A stretch of 57,001 nt of DNA from Vulcanimicrobiales bacterium. Its GTDB lineage: Bacteria; Vulcanimicrobiota; Vulcanimicrobiia; Vulcanimicrobiales; Vulcanimicrobiaceae. Under the pieces are notes generated by a model. It was given only the letters and a program-made list of their open reading frames with translations, had not been told where the DNA came from and made no database searches. The position numbers and the translations under genes are program-made. Location of the stretch: assembly GCA_038231455.1 (NCBI GenBank), contig JBBRLI010000019.1, positions 1 to 57,001 on the forward strand, in the 5' to 3' direction. Below are positions 32,586 to 43,035 of the stretch, piece after piece; the stretch's first letter is position 1; each line of letters starts with the position of its first letter.

Positions 32586-34883
32586 TTACTTGCCTGTTAG
32601 TGTCGCCCGTGCCGCGTCGATCTGCGTCCGGTAAGCAAGCAGGGATTGTGCAACCGTCGCGATCCCGGCGCGCGCTTCGTCCCAGTTGCGCTGTTCGATC
32701 GCCTCGCGAATATACGGCATCGTCTTGACGCCGTAGCCGGTATAGAATCCCGGCGCGTAAAGTTGGTGGCGATACCACGGACGACGGGGCAATCCGGTCG
32801 GCGTTGTAAGCGCGTGTTCGGCTGCAAGCAAGGCGAGATCGGTTTTGGCCGCAGATTCCGGCACGGTCGTCCCCGCAAGTGCGAGGTTGAGCGCATCGTC
32901 GTAGGCCTTCGCGCTGCTTTGCAACGCTGCGACGGCGTCATTTAGCGCGTTAAAGTCGAGCCCCGGAACGGCGTCGCGCTTCGTCGGCGGGACGAACGTC
33001 TGCATCGGGTCGGCCGCATCCGTAAAGGCGCCCGAATCGATCAGGGCGTTGCGCTTGAGCGTTGCCTTGCGTTCGTCATCGGCGAGTTTGCCAACTTCGC
33101 GCGCATATTTTGCAATCGTCTGCGCTGAGGGTCCGAACGCATACGGCAACACGTCGCTATCGGCGAAACGTAGCACGATGCGCCCGGCCGTCTTGGCGAG
33201 CGCAATGCCGTAAGCGAACGTCGGATCTTTGAAACGTGTGAACTCATCGAACGAATCAAAGATCGAATGATACGAGCCGTTACCCGACTCACCACCGAAG
33301 CCGAGATTCATCGATGCAACGCCGACATGCTGGACGAACGGCGTGTAGTCCGATCCCGAACCGAGCGCATCGAGATGAAATGCCGTTCCCGGCTCCTCGG
33401 GCGCCGCGACGTCTGCGCCGCCTTCGTCGCTTGATTGCGCATCGGCATAGCCATCAAGGCGCAGTTTCTGCGCGGCGAGCTGACGGCGAGCGATGTCAAC
33501 ACCGCGTTCGGGATCGATGACTTCGCTTGCGATATCGCCCACCATCCGCTCGAGCGAATGCGAGCCCTGCGCGAAGAGAAAGCCGCGACTGTTGCCGTCG
33601 CTGTTGACATAAATCGTGGCGTGGTCGCGTAGTTCGCTTTCGTGCGCCTCCGCCCACGAACTCGATCCGAGCAAACCCGGCTCTTCGCCGTCCCACAGGC
33701 AATAGACGAGCGTCCGTTTGGGTTTCCAGCCGGTTTTCGCAAGTGTTGCGATGGCTTTTGCTTCTTCCATGACTGCGACGGCGCCCGAGAGCGGATCGGC
33801 CGCTCCATTTACCCAGCCGTCATGATGGTTGCCGCGCACGATCCACTCGCCCGGCCGCTCCGAACCCGCCATCTTTGCGATGATGTCGTACGCCGTGACG
33901 TAGTGGAAATCCACAGCAAGCTTGAGATGCACGCGCGCGGGGCCGACACCGAGATGGTACGTGATCGGAAGCGCACCGCGCCAAGCGGCCGGGGCGACGG
34001 GACCGCCGAGCGAGCGCAGGAACGGCAATGCATCGGTGTACGAAATTGGGAGTACCGGAATTTTTGTGAGCGTCGGAATGTCTTTGACCGCGAGGCGCCT
34101 CGCGCCGGGAATCGGCGCTTCGCCGCCGGTCGACGGATCACCGGAATACGTCGGAATGTCGGCGACCGAACCGCGCTGGGCGCTTGTTGCGTTTCTGTAC
34201 GTCCCGTTCGGATAGGCGTCACCGCCCCAATATCCGTCGTCGCGCGGATCGGAATAGATAATGCAGCCGACCGCGCCATGCTCTGCGGCAACTTTGGGTT
34301 TAATACCACGCCACGAACCGCCATAGCGTGCGATCACGATCTTGCCTTTGACATCGATACCGTGCTGCGCGAGCACGTCGTAATCGGCGGGAATGCCGTA
34401 GTTGACGTACACGAGCGGGGCCGTAACGTCGCCGCCGATCGAATAGGCATTGTACGTCGGAAGCTGCTCGCTCGTTTGATTTGATGTGTGGTCTTCTTTG
34501 AGCGGCTTCTCTTGCAGCGAAGCGACGAACGGCGCCGGTCCCAGGAGTTCGAGTTTGCGGTCTTTTGGCGTCGAGAAGAGCACTTGGAACGTCTCGAGTT
34601 TCGCATCCCAGCCCCAGCTCTTGAACTGCGTGACGAGCCACGCTGCGTTATTTTTATCGTACGGCGATCCGAGATGGTGCGGACGTGCCGAGAGCCTTCG
34701 CAGCCACGCTTTCATCTCCGGTGCACTCAGGCTCGCATCGAAGGTGGTCTCCGATGCGCGTTCGGCCGCTGCGTGATCGCGAATGTAGCCGACGATCGGG
34801 CCGGGAGGCGCGACCGGCGAGAGGGCAAGAAGCGGCGCGGCAAGCGAAACGGCAGCGAGCGCACAAAGCAAACGGCGTGTCAT
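32586..34883 (-). CDS. M28 family glutamate carboxypeptidase II-like peptidase (PA and transferrin-receptor dimerisation domains)
   Basis: PHHLGS, YVNYG, IARYG, QRGSV, GNHHDGW, GAADPLSG, WDGEEPGLLGS, GSGSDY, YHS, RPWYRH. Confidence 0.93.
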   Translation of the reverse strand: MTRRLLCALAAVSLAAPLLALSPVAPPGPIVGYIRDHAAAERASETTFDASLSAPEMKAWLRRLSARPHHLGSPYDKNNAAWLVTQFKSWGWDAKLETFQVLFSTPKDRKLELLGPAPFVASLQEKPLKEDHTSNQTSEQLPTYNAYSIGGDVTAPLVYVNYGIPADYDVLAQHGIDVKGKIVIARYGGSWRGIKPKVAAEHGAVGCIIYSDPRDDGYWGGDAYPNGTYRNATSAQRGSVADIPTYSGDPSTGGEAPIPGARRLAVKDIPTLTKIPVLPISYTDALPFLRSLGGPVAPAAWRGALPITYHLGVGPARVHLKLAVDFHYVTAYDIIAKMAGSERPGEWIVRGNHHDGWVNGAADPLSGAVAVMEEAKAIATLAKTGWKPKRTLVYCLWDGEEPGLLGSSSWAEAHESELRDHATIYVNSDGNSRGFLFAQGSHSLERMVGDIASEVIDPERGVDIARRQLAAQKLRLDGYADAQSSDEGGADVAAPEEPGTAFHLDALGSGSDYTPFVQHVGVASMNLGFGGESGNGSYHSIFDSFDEFTRFKDPTFAYGIALAKTAGRIVLRFADSDVLPYAFGPSAQTIAKYAREVGKLADDERKATLKRNALIDSGAFTDAADPMQTFVPPTKRDAVPGLDFNALNDAVAALQSSAKAYDDALNLALAGTTVPESAAKTDLALLAAEHALTTPTGLPRRPWYRHQLYAPGFYTGYGVKTMPYIREAIEQRNWDEARAGIATVAQSLLAYRTQIDAARATLTGK

Positions 34884-34900
34884 ACGCCCGGGTACTCCGC

Positions 34901-36292
34901 TTAGGCCGAAACCGCCTCGCGCGAGCGATCTTCGACGTGGACTGCCGGAAGCACGATTGCAAACACCGTGCCCGACGCATCGCTCGAACGGAGTTCCAGT
35001 TTGCCGCCGCTGCGCTCGACCGCGCGCTTGGCGATTGCAAGGCCGAGACCCGAACCCTCGACATCGCCGCGTGAGAGTCCGCGATAGAATCGGTCGTAGA
35101 TGAACGGCTGATCGGCAAGAGCGATACCGGGTCCGCCGTCGCTCACGAGCACTTCGACGCCTTCGCCAGAACGTTTAAGCGCCACGACAATCGGCGCGCC
35201 GGGCGCATACTTTATCGCATTTTCAACGAGATTTCCAACGGCTTCGTGCATCTCGAATCGATCCGCCGAGACGGTTGCCTCAATATCGAGCGCCAGAACG
35301 ACTGGCGTTGCGGGCGCGAGTTGGCGGCGAGACTCGACAACCTGACGCACGAGCTCGCCTAAACTGATGCGATCGGGGGGGCGCTCTTCAACGGCGTCGA
35401 GCTGCGTGAGCAGCATCAGGTTATCGATGAGCGTGCGCATCCGATGGCTTTCGAGCGCGATAAGTTCGAAGATACGCGGCGTGCGCGCGTCGTCTTGCGG
35501 GATGCGCTTCTTGAGCACATCGATAAAACCCATGACGACCGTGAGCGGCGTGCGCAGCTCGTGTCCGGCATCGGCGACGAATTGGCGCATCTGCGCTTCT
35601 GCTGCTTCGCGTTCGGCAAAGGCCGATGCGACCTGCTGCGCCGCGCCGTTGTACGCGCGTGCGAGCGCGGCAAACTCGTTCTTGCCGACGGTATCGATCG
35701 GGCGCGGTGTGAAGTCGCCGGCGGCAAAGCGCTCGAGCGAGTCGGTCACATCGATGAGTGGCCGGAGCGCTTGACTCGTAATCACACGACCGAGAATCCA
35801 CGCCAAAAGTGCCGCAATGAGCCCGAGCGGCACGACCCCAACGAGATAGGCGGTAAGAACTTGTGCGATTCGGTCCGGCGTTTCGAAGATGAATACGCGG
35901 CCACCGAGGAACGGGACGCGTGCGCCTTTGACGCCGATGAGGCTATCGAAGGCGTAAAGCGCACGCGCTCGGCCGTCGGTCGGCGGAATCGGATGCGAGT
36001 CGCGGATACGCTTGTCATCGCGTACGCCGGGCGGAATGATGCGCACGCGCAGACCCGGTCGGTCGAGACGCGAGAGCAACACCTTGCTCGCCGAATCAAA
36101 CGATTGATGGCGATTGCGTGCACGCGCCTCGTAATCGCGGGCGACGCGGGCGCCGGAATCCGCCGCCTCGTTGGTCGCGCGGGCGAAGAGCGTGAAGGCA
36201 AAGACGCTCGATGCGCCCACAACGAGTGCGAGCAAGAGCATCGCCACAAACACGTACCACGCGGTGAGGCGTTTCGCGAGCGATGCAAACAT
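34901..36292 (-). CDS. Sensor histidine kinase (2 TM, HAMP, HisKA, HATPase)
   Basis: FVADAGHELRTPLT, NLVENAIKY, DGGPG, GSGLGLAI. Confidence 0.95.
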   Translation of the reverse strand: MFASLAKRLTAWYVFVAMLLLALVVGASSVFAFTLFARATNEAADSGARVARDYEARARNRHQSFDSASKVLLSRLDRPGLRVRIIPPGVRDDKRIRDSHPIPPTDGRARALYAFDSLIGVKGARVPFLGGRVFIFETPDRIAQVLTAYLVGVVPLGLIAALLAWILGRVITSQALRPLIDVTDSLERFAAGDFTPRPIDTVGKNEFAALARAYNGAAQQVASAFAEREAAEAQMRQFVADAGHELRTPLTVVMGFIDVLKKRIPQDDARTPRIFELIALESHRMRTLIDNLMLLTQLDAVEERPPDRISLGELVRQVVESRRQLAPATPVVLALDIEATVSADRFEMHEAVGNLVENAIKYAPGAPIVVALKRSGEGVEVLVSDGGPGIALADQPFIYDRFYRGLSRGDVEGSGLGLAIAKRAVERSGGKLELRSSDASGTVFAIVLPAVHVEDRSREAVSA

Positions 36293-36296
36293 CGGC

Positions 36297-36980
36297 TTAG
36301 TCGGCGCGCAGGGCGTAGCCCGCGCCTCGAACCGTGCGAATCAGACGCGGTTCGAATCCATTGTCGATCTTTGCGCGTAGGTACGAGACATAGGTCTCGA
36401 CGGCACCCGGACCGACTTCGCGATCCGATCCCCAGACCAGATCTAACAGTTGATCGCGCGTGAAAACACGCTCGGGATTCCGGACGAGCGTAACGAGGAG
36501 TTGAAATTCGCGCGCGGAGAGATCGATACGAACGCTGCCGCGCTTGACTTCGCGCCGGTCGAGATCCACGGAAATGTCGGCGTACGTGAGCACGTCGCGA
36601 TGCTCGAGACGCGGACGACGCAGCGCCGTGTGCAAGCGCACGACGAGTTCGGCGACTTCAAACGGCTTCGCGAGGTAGTCATCGGCGCCGCTCTCGAGGC
36701 CGCGGATCTTCGCGTCGACGTCGCCTTTGGCGCTGAGCATGACGATCGGCGCTTCGGTAATTCGGCGCATCATCGGCAAGAGTTCGATACCGCTGATCTG
36801 CGGCAACATTACATCGAGCACGATCGCATCAGGTCGCCAGTCTTTGACGAGCGTGAGGCCGCTCCGACCATCGGCAGCGGACCGGACTTCAAATCCGTCT
36901 TCGCCGAGCGCGATTTCGAGCAGTTCGCGGAGATGGCGTTCGTCGTCGATGACCGCGATGCGGGGATGCGTCATCTGCAT
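36297..36980 (-). CDS. OmpR-family response regulator (MprA-like)
   Basis: VIDDE, LDVMLP, GADDYLAKPF, VETYVSYLRAKID, IRTVRGAGY; ATG overlaps the upstream TAA (TAATG). Confidence 0.95.
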   Translation of the reverse strand: MQMTHPRIAVIDDERHLRELLEIALGEDGFEVRSAADGRSGLTLVKDWRPDAIVLDVMLPQISGIELLPMMRRITEAPIVMLSAKGDVDAKIRGLESGADDYLAKPFEVAELVVRLHTALRRPRLEHRDVLTYADISVDLDRREVKRGSVRIDLSAREFQLLVTLVRNPERVFTRDQLLDLVWGSDREVGPGAVETYVSYLRAKIDNGFEPRLIRTVRGAGYALRAD

Positions 36981-39900
36981 TACTTCACGCTTCCCCCACC
37001 GGTGCCTAGTGTGGGCGGCTGCGCGAAGAACAAACCAAGTCCCGGGGCATACCCAAAGCCCGGCTGTGCGAACACGAAGCCTTTGGCAACCGCTTCTTCG
37101 TGTTTGAGTGCGGTGATGTAGCTGCACGACACAAACGATCGAATCGTCGCGATGCGTTTGAGCGCCTCCGGGGAGGGTGACGCGCCTGCCCCCGGTTGCT
37201 GCTGACCGCCTGCGGGGGCCTGGCGCACGATCAGCGGACCGCCGCCCTCGCCTTCGCCGCGAGCTCCGCCGCCCGGCGGTGGCCCTTGCGGAGAGCCCGG
37301 AGCTTGGTTACCGAAACGACCGCCGCCCCCGCCCGGGAACTGCGGGCGAACTTCGAGATACCAGGCCGCCGTCTTGGGATCGCCGTGACCGCTCACCGCA
37401 AAATCGGGCGTTTGCGGAATGGGCTGACCGGCGACATAGGCTGCCGCATCGGCACGAATCGCGGACAGCAGCGGCGTTGCGAGTGGTTGGAACTCGGCCG
37501 TGCACTCCTCGCGCGTGGTCGCGAGCGCGAGCGGATCGACGCCGGCCGGCGGCGGCACGAAGCGGAAGCGTCCGCGCACCTGATTGCCGTTCGCATTGCC
37601 GCCACCACCCGGCGCCGCGTCCGCACCGCCACCCGTTGCGGTGCCTGCCGCCGCGCCGCGTCCAGCGCCGCCGCTACTTCCGCGACCGGCATTGCCGAAC
37701 GCCCGTGGGAGCGCTTTATTTCCGGTGTTGAACGAAAACGTCGCCGTATACTGTCGCGGGGTGTTCGGGTTTCCGGCGAGCAGCAATTGACCGCCGCCGT
37801 TGAGCGTCTCCGGCTGGGCGTACGCGAGCGTGGAAAACGCCCCGACTTCCGTGTTGAAGAGATTCGATGCGAAGAACGTCAACCGTCCCGCGCCAAGCGG
37901 ATGCGAGAGCCCGGCATTAACGATTACATAAGGCGAAATGTGCTGGCCGTTGTTCGTGCCGGTGTACTGGGCGTTTGCAAGAAATTCCGTATTGAAATGC
38001 GTTGCGAGCGCGTCGACCGTCAGGCCGCCGCGATGAACGGGCCGGCCCGGGATTTGCGCGCCGATGACGGTCGTTGAGTAGAGCCCGTTCAGCCGTGCGT
38101 CGGCAGCGGTTACGACGGCGCTATTCACCGAGTACGTCGGGAAGATCGAGACGTTCTTGCCCAGCGCGAAGCGCCCGCTGAAATCGAAACCTTGGTACTG
38201 ACGCGTCGTATTGCCGATTGGCTCGCCGACGTAGAGCGTCGGCGCGGCAGCGTTCGCTCCGCAGACGAAAGGCGAATTCCAGTACCCGTTGACGAGTTGC
38301 GTGTAACCACTCGGAATATACCCCGCCGGTTCGCTCGATGCCAGCACTTGCGCGTTAATGAGCTGGCCGGCTTGCGTTTGGCGATACGTGCTGAACGAAA
38401 ACGCGCCGCGCGCGACCTGATGGGTCCACGACAGATCGTAGTTGATCGACGACTGTTTTGCAGGCAAATCGCCCGGGCCACTCACGGTTGCCGTATCAGC
38501 GTAGCAGTTGAAACGCGCCGACGCCGGATCGCTGAGCGTGCGCACGAGTCCGGCGCCCGGTTGCGACGATCCAACCGCAATCGATGCGCTGTAACCGTTG
38601 ACCGAAGTGGGGCGCCAGCCTGCGCTGACGCCGCCCAAAAACGAACGTCCGACACCGACGGTCGTTGCGTACGAGACGTTTTCACCCAGGGTCACTTTAT
38701 CGCTCGCTTTGATCGAGTCGCTGATCTGATACTGCTGCGAGGCGGTTGAGGTGTTCGATGGGATGACGAATTGATTCGTGACGATCGGGGAGAACGTCGT
38801 CTTGCTCGCATACGTCGAACCGCCGGCGACCACCGTATGCCGACCCGGTGAAATCGTGGCGCTAAAGGCGATTCCGCGGCCGAGTGTATCGAAGTCCGAC
38901 GCCGACGGCGAGGACGTACCGTTGACGAAACGGTTGATGTTATCGGAGAACTGATGCTGCGATGAGGTGTATGCCGTCGCGTTGAGCGAGACTTCGCCGA
39001 CGAGGGTCTGAAGCGATCCGTACGTGTACCCAAACTTGCCGTGGCTCGTGTTACCCGGCCCGATGCCGCACGGCAAAAGCGTGACGTACTGCGTGCAGAG
39101 GGAAACGGAATTGGTGTTATTCTGAATCGCCGTGAACTGCAGTGTCGTGCGATCGCCTAGCGAGTAGCGCAATTTTGCGAAATCGCCAAGCGCCACCGAC
39201 TCGCCGCCGTGCGGATACGTAATGCCGCTCGAATCTTTATAGTCTTGGAATGTGAGTTGGTTATTGCCGCCGCGATCGGAATGCAGCGCAGCGATACCGA
39301 GCTTCCCAAAACTGCCGGTGACGCCGAGTTGATAGTTGTACTTATCGTAGGTGCCGTAGGAAACGTTATAGCGCTCTTGCCACGTTTGCGTCGGCTGCAA
39401 CGTGCGGAAATTGACGCCGCCGCCCAGGCCGCCGGCGGTCGGTGAGAAACTCGTGCTCGCCCCGGAGAACAAGTCGGTATTGAGCGAACGTAAATTGGTC
39501 GCCGCACCCGGCGCACCGAGCGGAATGCCATCCAGTGTGACCGATGTCTGCGATTCGTCTTTGCCGCGCAGCGAGATTGTTTGCGCGGCGTCCGGATCGT
39601 TGCTGTCGCTGTTAACGCTGACGCCCGCGATTTTGCCGAGCGCATCGGTGAGCGAATCGGAGATCTTGCGGATGGCGCTGTTCTCATCGACGTCGCGTGA
39701 GGTGATACCGATGCTCGGACGCGCGACCACGCTGCCGATCGTCTTGATGCCGGGCAGCGTCGTCGATCCCAGTTCGATCGCGACGTCCACCTCGCGATTA
39801 TTCGAGACCTGGAATTCTTCGCTTGTTGCCGCGGTAAAGTCACGTTTGACGACGCGAATCCGATAGATCCCCGAGGGGACGTCGGTATACTTGACGATCC

Positions 39901-40105
39901 CGCTTTTGGTCGTGAGAGCACTCGCGATCGTCGGCCCGAGCAAGAGCACGCGCGCATCAGAGAGCGGCAAATGACCGGCTGTATCTTTCACGGTGACCGC
40001 AATTGTACCGACTTCGTTCGATTGCGCCCCCGCGGGGACAACAAAACAGGCCACGAGTAGCAAGGCAATTGCGGCGGAGAACGCGCGCTTCCAGATCTGA
40101 TCCAT
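36980..40105 (-). CDS. TonB-dependent receptor with N-terminal carboxypeptidase-regulatory-like domain and long C-terminal extension
   Basis: Signal peptide, Ig-like domain, plug (DALGKIAGV, ISLRG, VTLDGIPL, GGLGGGVNFRT), barrel ending SNLFN...PRQYTATFSF, then about 246 extra residues. Confidence 0.85.
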   Translation of the reverse strand: MDQIWKRAFSAAIALLLVACFVVPAGAQSNEVGTIAVTVKDTAGHLPLSDARVLLLGPTIASALTTKSGIVKYTDVPSGIYRIRVVKRDFTAATSEEFQVSNNREVDVAIELGSTTLPGIKTIGSVVARPSIGITSRDVDENSAIRKISDSLTDALGKIAGVSVNSDSNDPDAAQTISLRGKDESQTSVTLDGIPLGAPGAATNLRSLNTDLFSGASTSFSPTAGGLGGGVNFRTLQPTQTWQERYNVSYGTYDKYNYQLGVTGSFGKLGIAALHSDRGGNNQLTFQDYKDSSGITYPHGGESVALGDFAKLRYSLGDRTTLQFTAIQNNTNSVSLCTQYVTLLPCGIGPGNTSHGKFGYTYGSLQTLVGEVSLNATAYTSSQHQFSDNINRFVNGTSSPSASDFDTLGRGIAFSATISPGRHTVVAGGSTYASKTTFSPIVTNQFVIPSNTSTASQQYQISDSIKASDKVTLGENVSYATTVGVGRSFLGGVSAGWRPTSVNGYSASIAVGSSQPGAGLVRTLSDPASARFNCYADTATVSGPGDLPAKQSSINYDLSWTHQVARGAFSFSTYRQTQAGQLINAQVLASSEPAGYIPSGYTQLVNGYWNSPFVCGANAAAPTLYVGEPIGNTTRQYQGFDFSGRFALGKNVSIFPTYSVNSAVVTAADARLNGLYSTTVIGAQIPGRPVHRGGLTVDALATHFNTEFLANAQYTGTNNGQHISPYVIVNAGLSHPLGAGRLTFFASNLFNTEVGAFSTLAYAQPETLNGGGQLLLAGNPNTPRQYTATFSFNTGNKALPRAFGNAGRGSSGGAGRGAAAGTATGGGADAAPGGGGNANGNQVRGRFRFVPPPAGVDPLALATTREECTAEFQPLATPLLSAIRADAAAYVAGQPIPQTPDFAVSGHGDPKTAAWYLEVRPQFPGGGGGRFGNQAPGSPQGPPPGGGARGEGEGGGPLIVRQAPAGGQQQPGAGASPSPEALKRIATIRSFVSCSYITALKHEEAVAKGFVFAQPGFGYAPGLGLFFAQPPTLGTGGGSVK

Positions 40106-40128
40106 CAGTCTACGAGTACCACAGTGCC

Positions 40129-40145
40129 CTTAGACCAATCTTGGG
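40129..40145 (-). promoter_or_regulatory. Candidate OmpR-family direct-repeat box upstream of the receptor-RR-HK operon
   Basis: CCCAAG-N5-TCTAAG (11-bp period) followed by TGGTACT shortly before the ATG. Confidence 0.4.
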
Positions 40146-40204
40146 CTCGGAGAGCGGCGCACCACCTGCAACTTCCGCAGCAAGACGAGCGTTCAACCGA
40201 TTCC

Positions 40205-41068
40205 ATGAATCATCGCAGCGTCGCGCGCCTCGTCCAAGCCGAAGCCACAACCGAGGGCGCGGGTTTCCAAATCAATCGCCCCTTCCCCACGCGCGCCCTC
40301 GGCGAAATCGACCCGTTTCTGCTTTTTGATGAAATGGGCCCGATGGACGTTGGTCCCGGTGAGGCCAAAGGGGCACCCGACCATCCGCACCGTGGCTTTG
40401 AAACGATCTCGTACGTTCTCTCGGGTGAGATGGTGCATACCGACTCGCATGGCAACGTCGGCGTGATCGGCGGCGGCGACGTCCAGTGGATGACCGCCGG
40501 CGCCGGCGTGATCCATTCGGAGATGCCGGGCGAGGCAATCATGCGTCAGGGTGGCCGCATGCACGGATTTCAAATTTGGGTCAATCTCCCCGCCAGCGAC
40601 AAAATGACCGCACAACGCTACCAAGACATCGCAGCCGCCGACATTCCGACGTTCGCATCGTCAGACGGAAAAACGCGCGTGCGCGTGATCGCCGGTTCGA
40701 CGAATGGCGTCCGCGGCGCGGTCGAAACGCACACCCCAATTCACTACCTGCACGCGACACTGGCACCCGGCGCCGTTTGGACGCATGACGTCCCCGCTGC
40801 GATGAACGCGATGGCCTACGTGATCGATGGAGCGGTTCGCATCGAGCGCACGGAGGGACGCCGCGGCCAACTCTTCGTCTTTGGCCGCGACGGCGATGGA
40901 ATCGAAGTGCACAACACCGGCACGACCGATGCCGAGATCCTGTTCCTTGCGGGCGAGCCGATCGGCGAACCGATCGCGCGCTACGGACCGTTCGTGATGA
41001 ACACGCGCGAAGAACTCGTCCAGGCCTTCGAGGACTACAACGCCGGGCGATTCGGCGTCATCGCATAA
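40205..41068 (+). CDS. Pirin family protein
   Basis: DPFLLFDEMGP, DHPHRGFET, QWMTAGAGVIHSE, FQIWVNLP, GPFVMNT. Confidence 0.95.
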   Translation: MNHRSVARLVQAEATTEGAGFQINRPFPTRALGEIDPFLLFDEMGPMDVGPGEAKGAPDHPHRGFETISYVLSGEMVHTDSHGNVGVIGGGDVQWMTAGAGVIHSEMPGEAIMRQGGRMHGFQIWVNLPASDKMTAQRYQDIAAADIPTFASSDGKTRVRVIAGSTNGVRGAVETHTPIHYLHATLAPGAVWTHDVPAAMNAMAYVIDGAVRIERTEGRRGQLFVFGRDGDGIEVHNTGTTDAEILFLAGEPIGEPIARYGPFVMNTREELVQAFEDYNAGRFGVIA

Positions 41069-41070
41069 CG

Positions 41071-42924
41071 CTACGCGGGGCTGTGCTCCGCGATGGCCCC
41101 AAGAAAGAGCTCGCCAAAATCGGCGAGCTTTTTATCGCCGACACCGCTGATCGAGCGCATTTGCGCGAGCGTTCGCGGGACCTCGCGCGCCATCGCGCGC
41201 AGCACTGCATCGGAAAAGATAACGAACGCCGGCACGTCCCGCGTGTCGGCGAGATCCTTTCGCACTGCGCGCAAACGCCGGAACAGATCGTCATCAAAGT
41301 TCGCGTCCGCTTCGACCGGCGCGCGCGAACCTTTCTTGCCGCGCGTCTTCGTCAGGCGGGCGCTGGGCGCGCGCATCTGAATCGGTCCTCGTTCGACGAG
41401 CGCTGTACGGCCGAGCGGCGTGAGGCTTACGACGTTGTATCGCGCAGCGTCCTGCTCGATATATTGCTGACGAATGAGTTCGTCGGCGATATGGCGCCAC
41501 GTTTGCCGGTCGGTGTCTTTGCCGATGCCGTACGTCGATAGACTCGCATGACCGTATCGATAGATCTTATCGTTGTCCTCGCCGAGTAAGACGTCGATCG
41601 CGTGAGTGATGCCGAGCGCAAAACCCGACGCTTCGCGGATACGGTAGACGCACGAGAGCAGTTTCTGCGCGTTCGTCGTGGCATCGACGATGGGGCGAGG
41701 CTCCAGGCAATTATCGCATGCACCACAGTTTTCATCAGCCCATGTCTCGCCAAAGTATGCGAGCAACTCGCGCCTGCGGCAGCCCGCCGCATACGCGTAG
41801 CGCGTCATCTGCTCGAGTTGGGCGCGCGCGACGGCTTGTTCGTCCGCATCGTCTTTTTCGAGGATGAAACGCTCGTATTTATTGACATCGCCATGACTGA
41901 AAAAGAGCAGACAGTCGGCGGGCAGTCCGTCACGTCCGGCGCGGCCGGTTTCTTGGTAATAGCCTTCGATATTTTTCGGCAAATCGTAGTGGATGACGAA
42001 GCGCACGTTCGACTTATCGATTCCCATCCCGAAGGCGATCGTCGCGCAGATTACGCGCACGTTGTCGCGCAAAAACTTCTCTTGATTGCGCGCGCGGACG
42101 CGCACGTCAAGACCCGCGTGATAGGGAAGCGCAGGGATGCCGGCGGAACTGAGGCGTTCGGCGAGGGCGTCGGCGCCCGCGCGGCTCTGAACGTAGATGA
42201 TCCCCGCATCGTCGGGTCGCGCCTTGAGCAAAGAAACGATCGCATCGCTTGCGCGCTGTTTATCGGCGATCCGATAGGTGAGATTGGGGCGATTGAAACT
42301 TGCCACGTAGCGCCGCGGCTCGCGCAGCGCTAAGAGCGAGACGATATCGTCGCGCACGCGCGAGGTGGCGGTCGCCGTGAGTGCGATGACCGGCAAGTCC
42401 GGAAACGACTCGCGGAGTTCGGCGATCCGGCGGTATTCCGGGCGGAAGTCGTGACCCCACTCGCTGATGCAGTGCGCTTCATCGACGGCAATCCGCGCGA
42501 GATTCCAGCGCCGAAGATCGGCGATGAAGTTCGGATTGACAAGTCGCTCCGGAGCAACGTAAAGCAGCTTGTAGGCGCCGCGATCGAGGTCACGCGTGCG
42601 CTCGCGGATCTCTTCATAGTCGAGCGATGAATTGAGAAACGTCGCTGCGATCCCGGTCGTGCGCATCGCATCGACTTGATCTTTCATTAGCGCGATCAGC
42701 GGCGAGACGACGAGCGTCAGTCCTTCGGTAAGAATCGCCGGGAGCTGATAGCAGAGCGACTTCCCGCCGCCGGTCGGCAAGAGGGCGAAGACATCGCGGT
42801 CCGCGAGGACGTCGGTGACGATTTCTTCTTGTAAGGGGCGAAACGCGTCGAATCCGAACGCGCGCTTGAGCGCGTCGCGGAGGACGGCCGGCGAAGGCGA
42901 GAGGGCGGCCACGGTCTCCATCAT
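41071..42924 (-). CDS. recQ: ATP-dependent DNA helicase RecQ (with RQC and HRDC)
   Basis: FRPLQ, PTGGGKSLCYQLP, DEAHCISEWGHDFRPEY, ATIAFGMGIDK, QETGRAGRDG, CRR..CGACDNC, HRDC. Confidence 0.97.
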   Translation of the reverse strand: MMETVAALSPSPAVLRDALKRAFGFDAFRPLQEEIVTDVLADRDVFALLPTGGGKSLCYQLPAILTEGLTLVVSPLIALMKDQVDAMRTTGIAATFLNSSLDYEEIRERTRDLDRGAYKLLYVAPERLVNPNFIADLRRWNLARIAVDEAHCISEWGHDFRPEYRRIAELRESFPDLPVIALTATATSRVRDDIVSLLALREPRRYVASFNRPNLTYRIADKQRASDAIVSLLKARPDDAGIIYVQSRAGADALAERLSSAGIPALPYHAGLDVRVRARNQEKFLRDNVRVICATIAFGMGIDKSNVRFVIHYDLPKNIEGYYQETGRAGRDGLPADCLLFFSHGDVNKYERFILEKDDADEQAVARAQLEQMTRYAYAAGCRRRELLAYFGETWADENCGACDNCLEPRPIVDATTNAQKLLSCVYRIREASGFALGITHAIDVLLGEDNDKIYRYGHASLSTYGIGKDTDRQTWRHIADELIRQQYIEQDAARYNVVSLTPLGRTALVERGPIQMRAPSARLTKTRGKKGSRAPVEADANFDDDLFRRLRAVRKDLADTRDVPAFVIFSDAVLRAMAREVPRTLAQMRSISGVGDKKLADFGELFLGAIAEHSPA

Positions 42925-43035
42925 CGCGATCCATCTGCGACGTTCCCCCCGCCCGCCTAGCTTCCGGAGGTGAATCCCTTACGCGGCTTGATGTTTACTT
43001 AGTCGCATGAGCGCGATCTTGCGTGGCCCGGCAGC

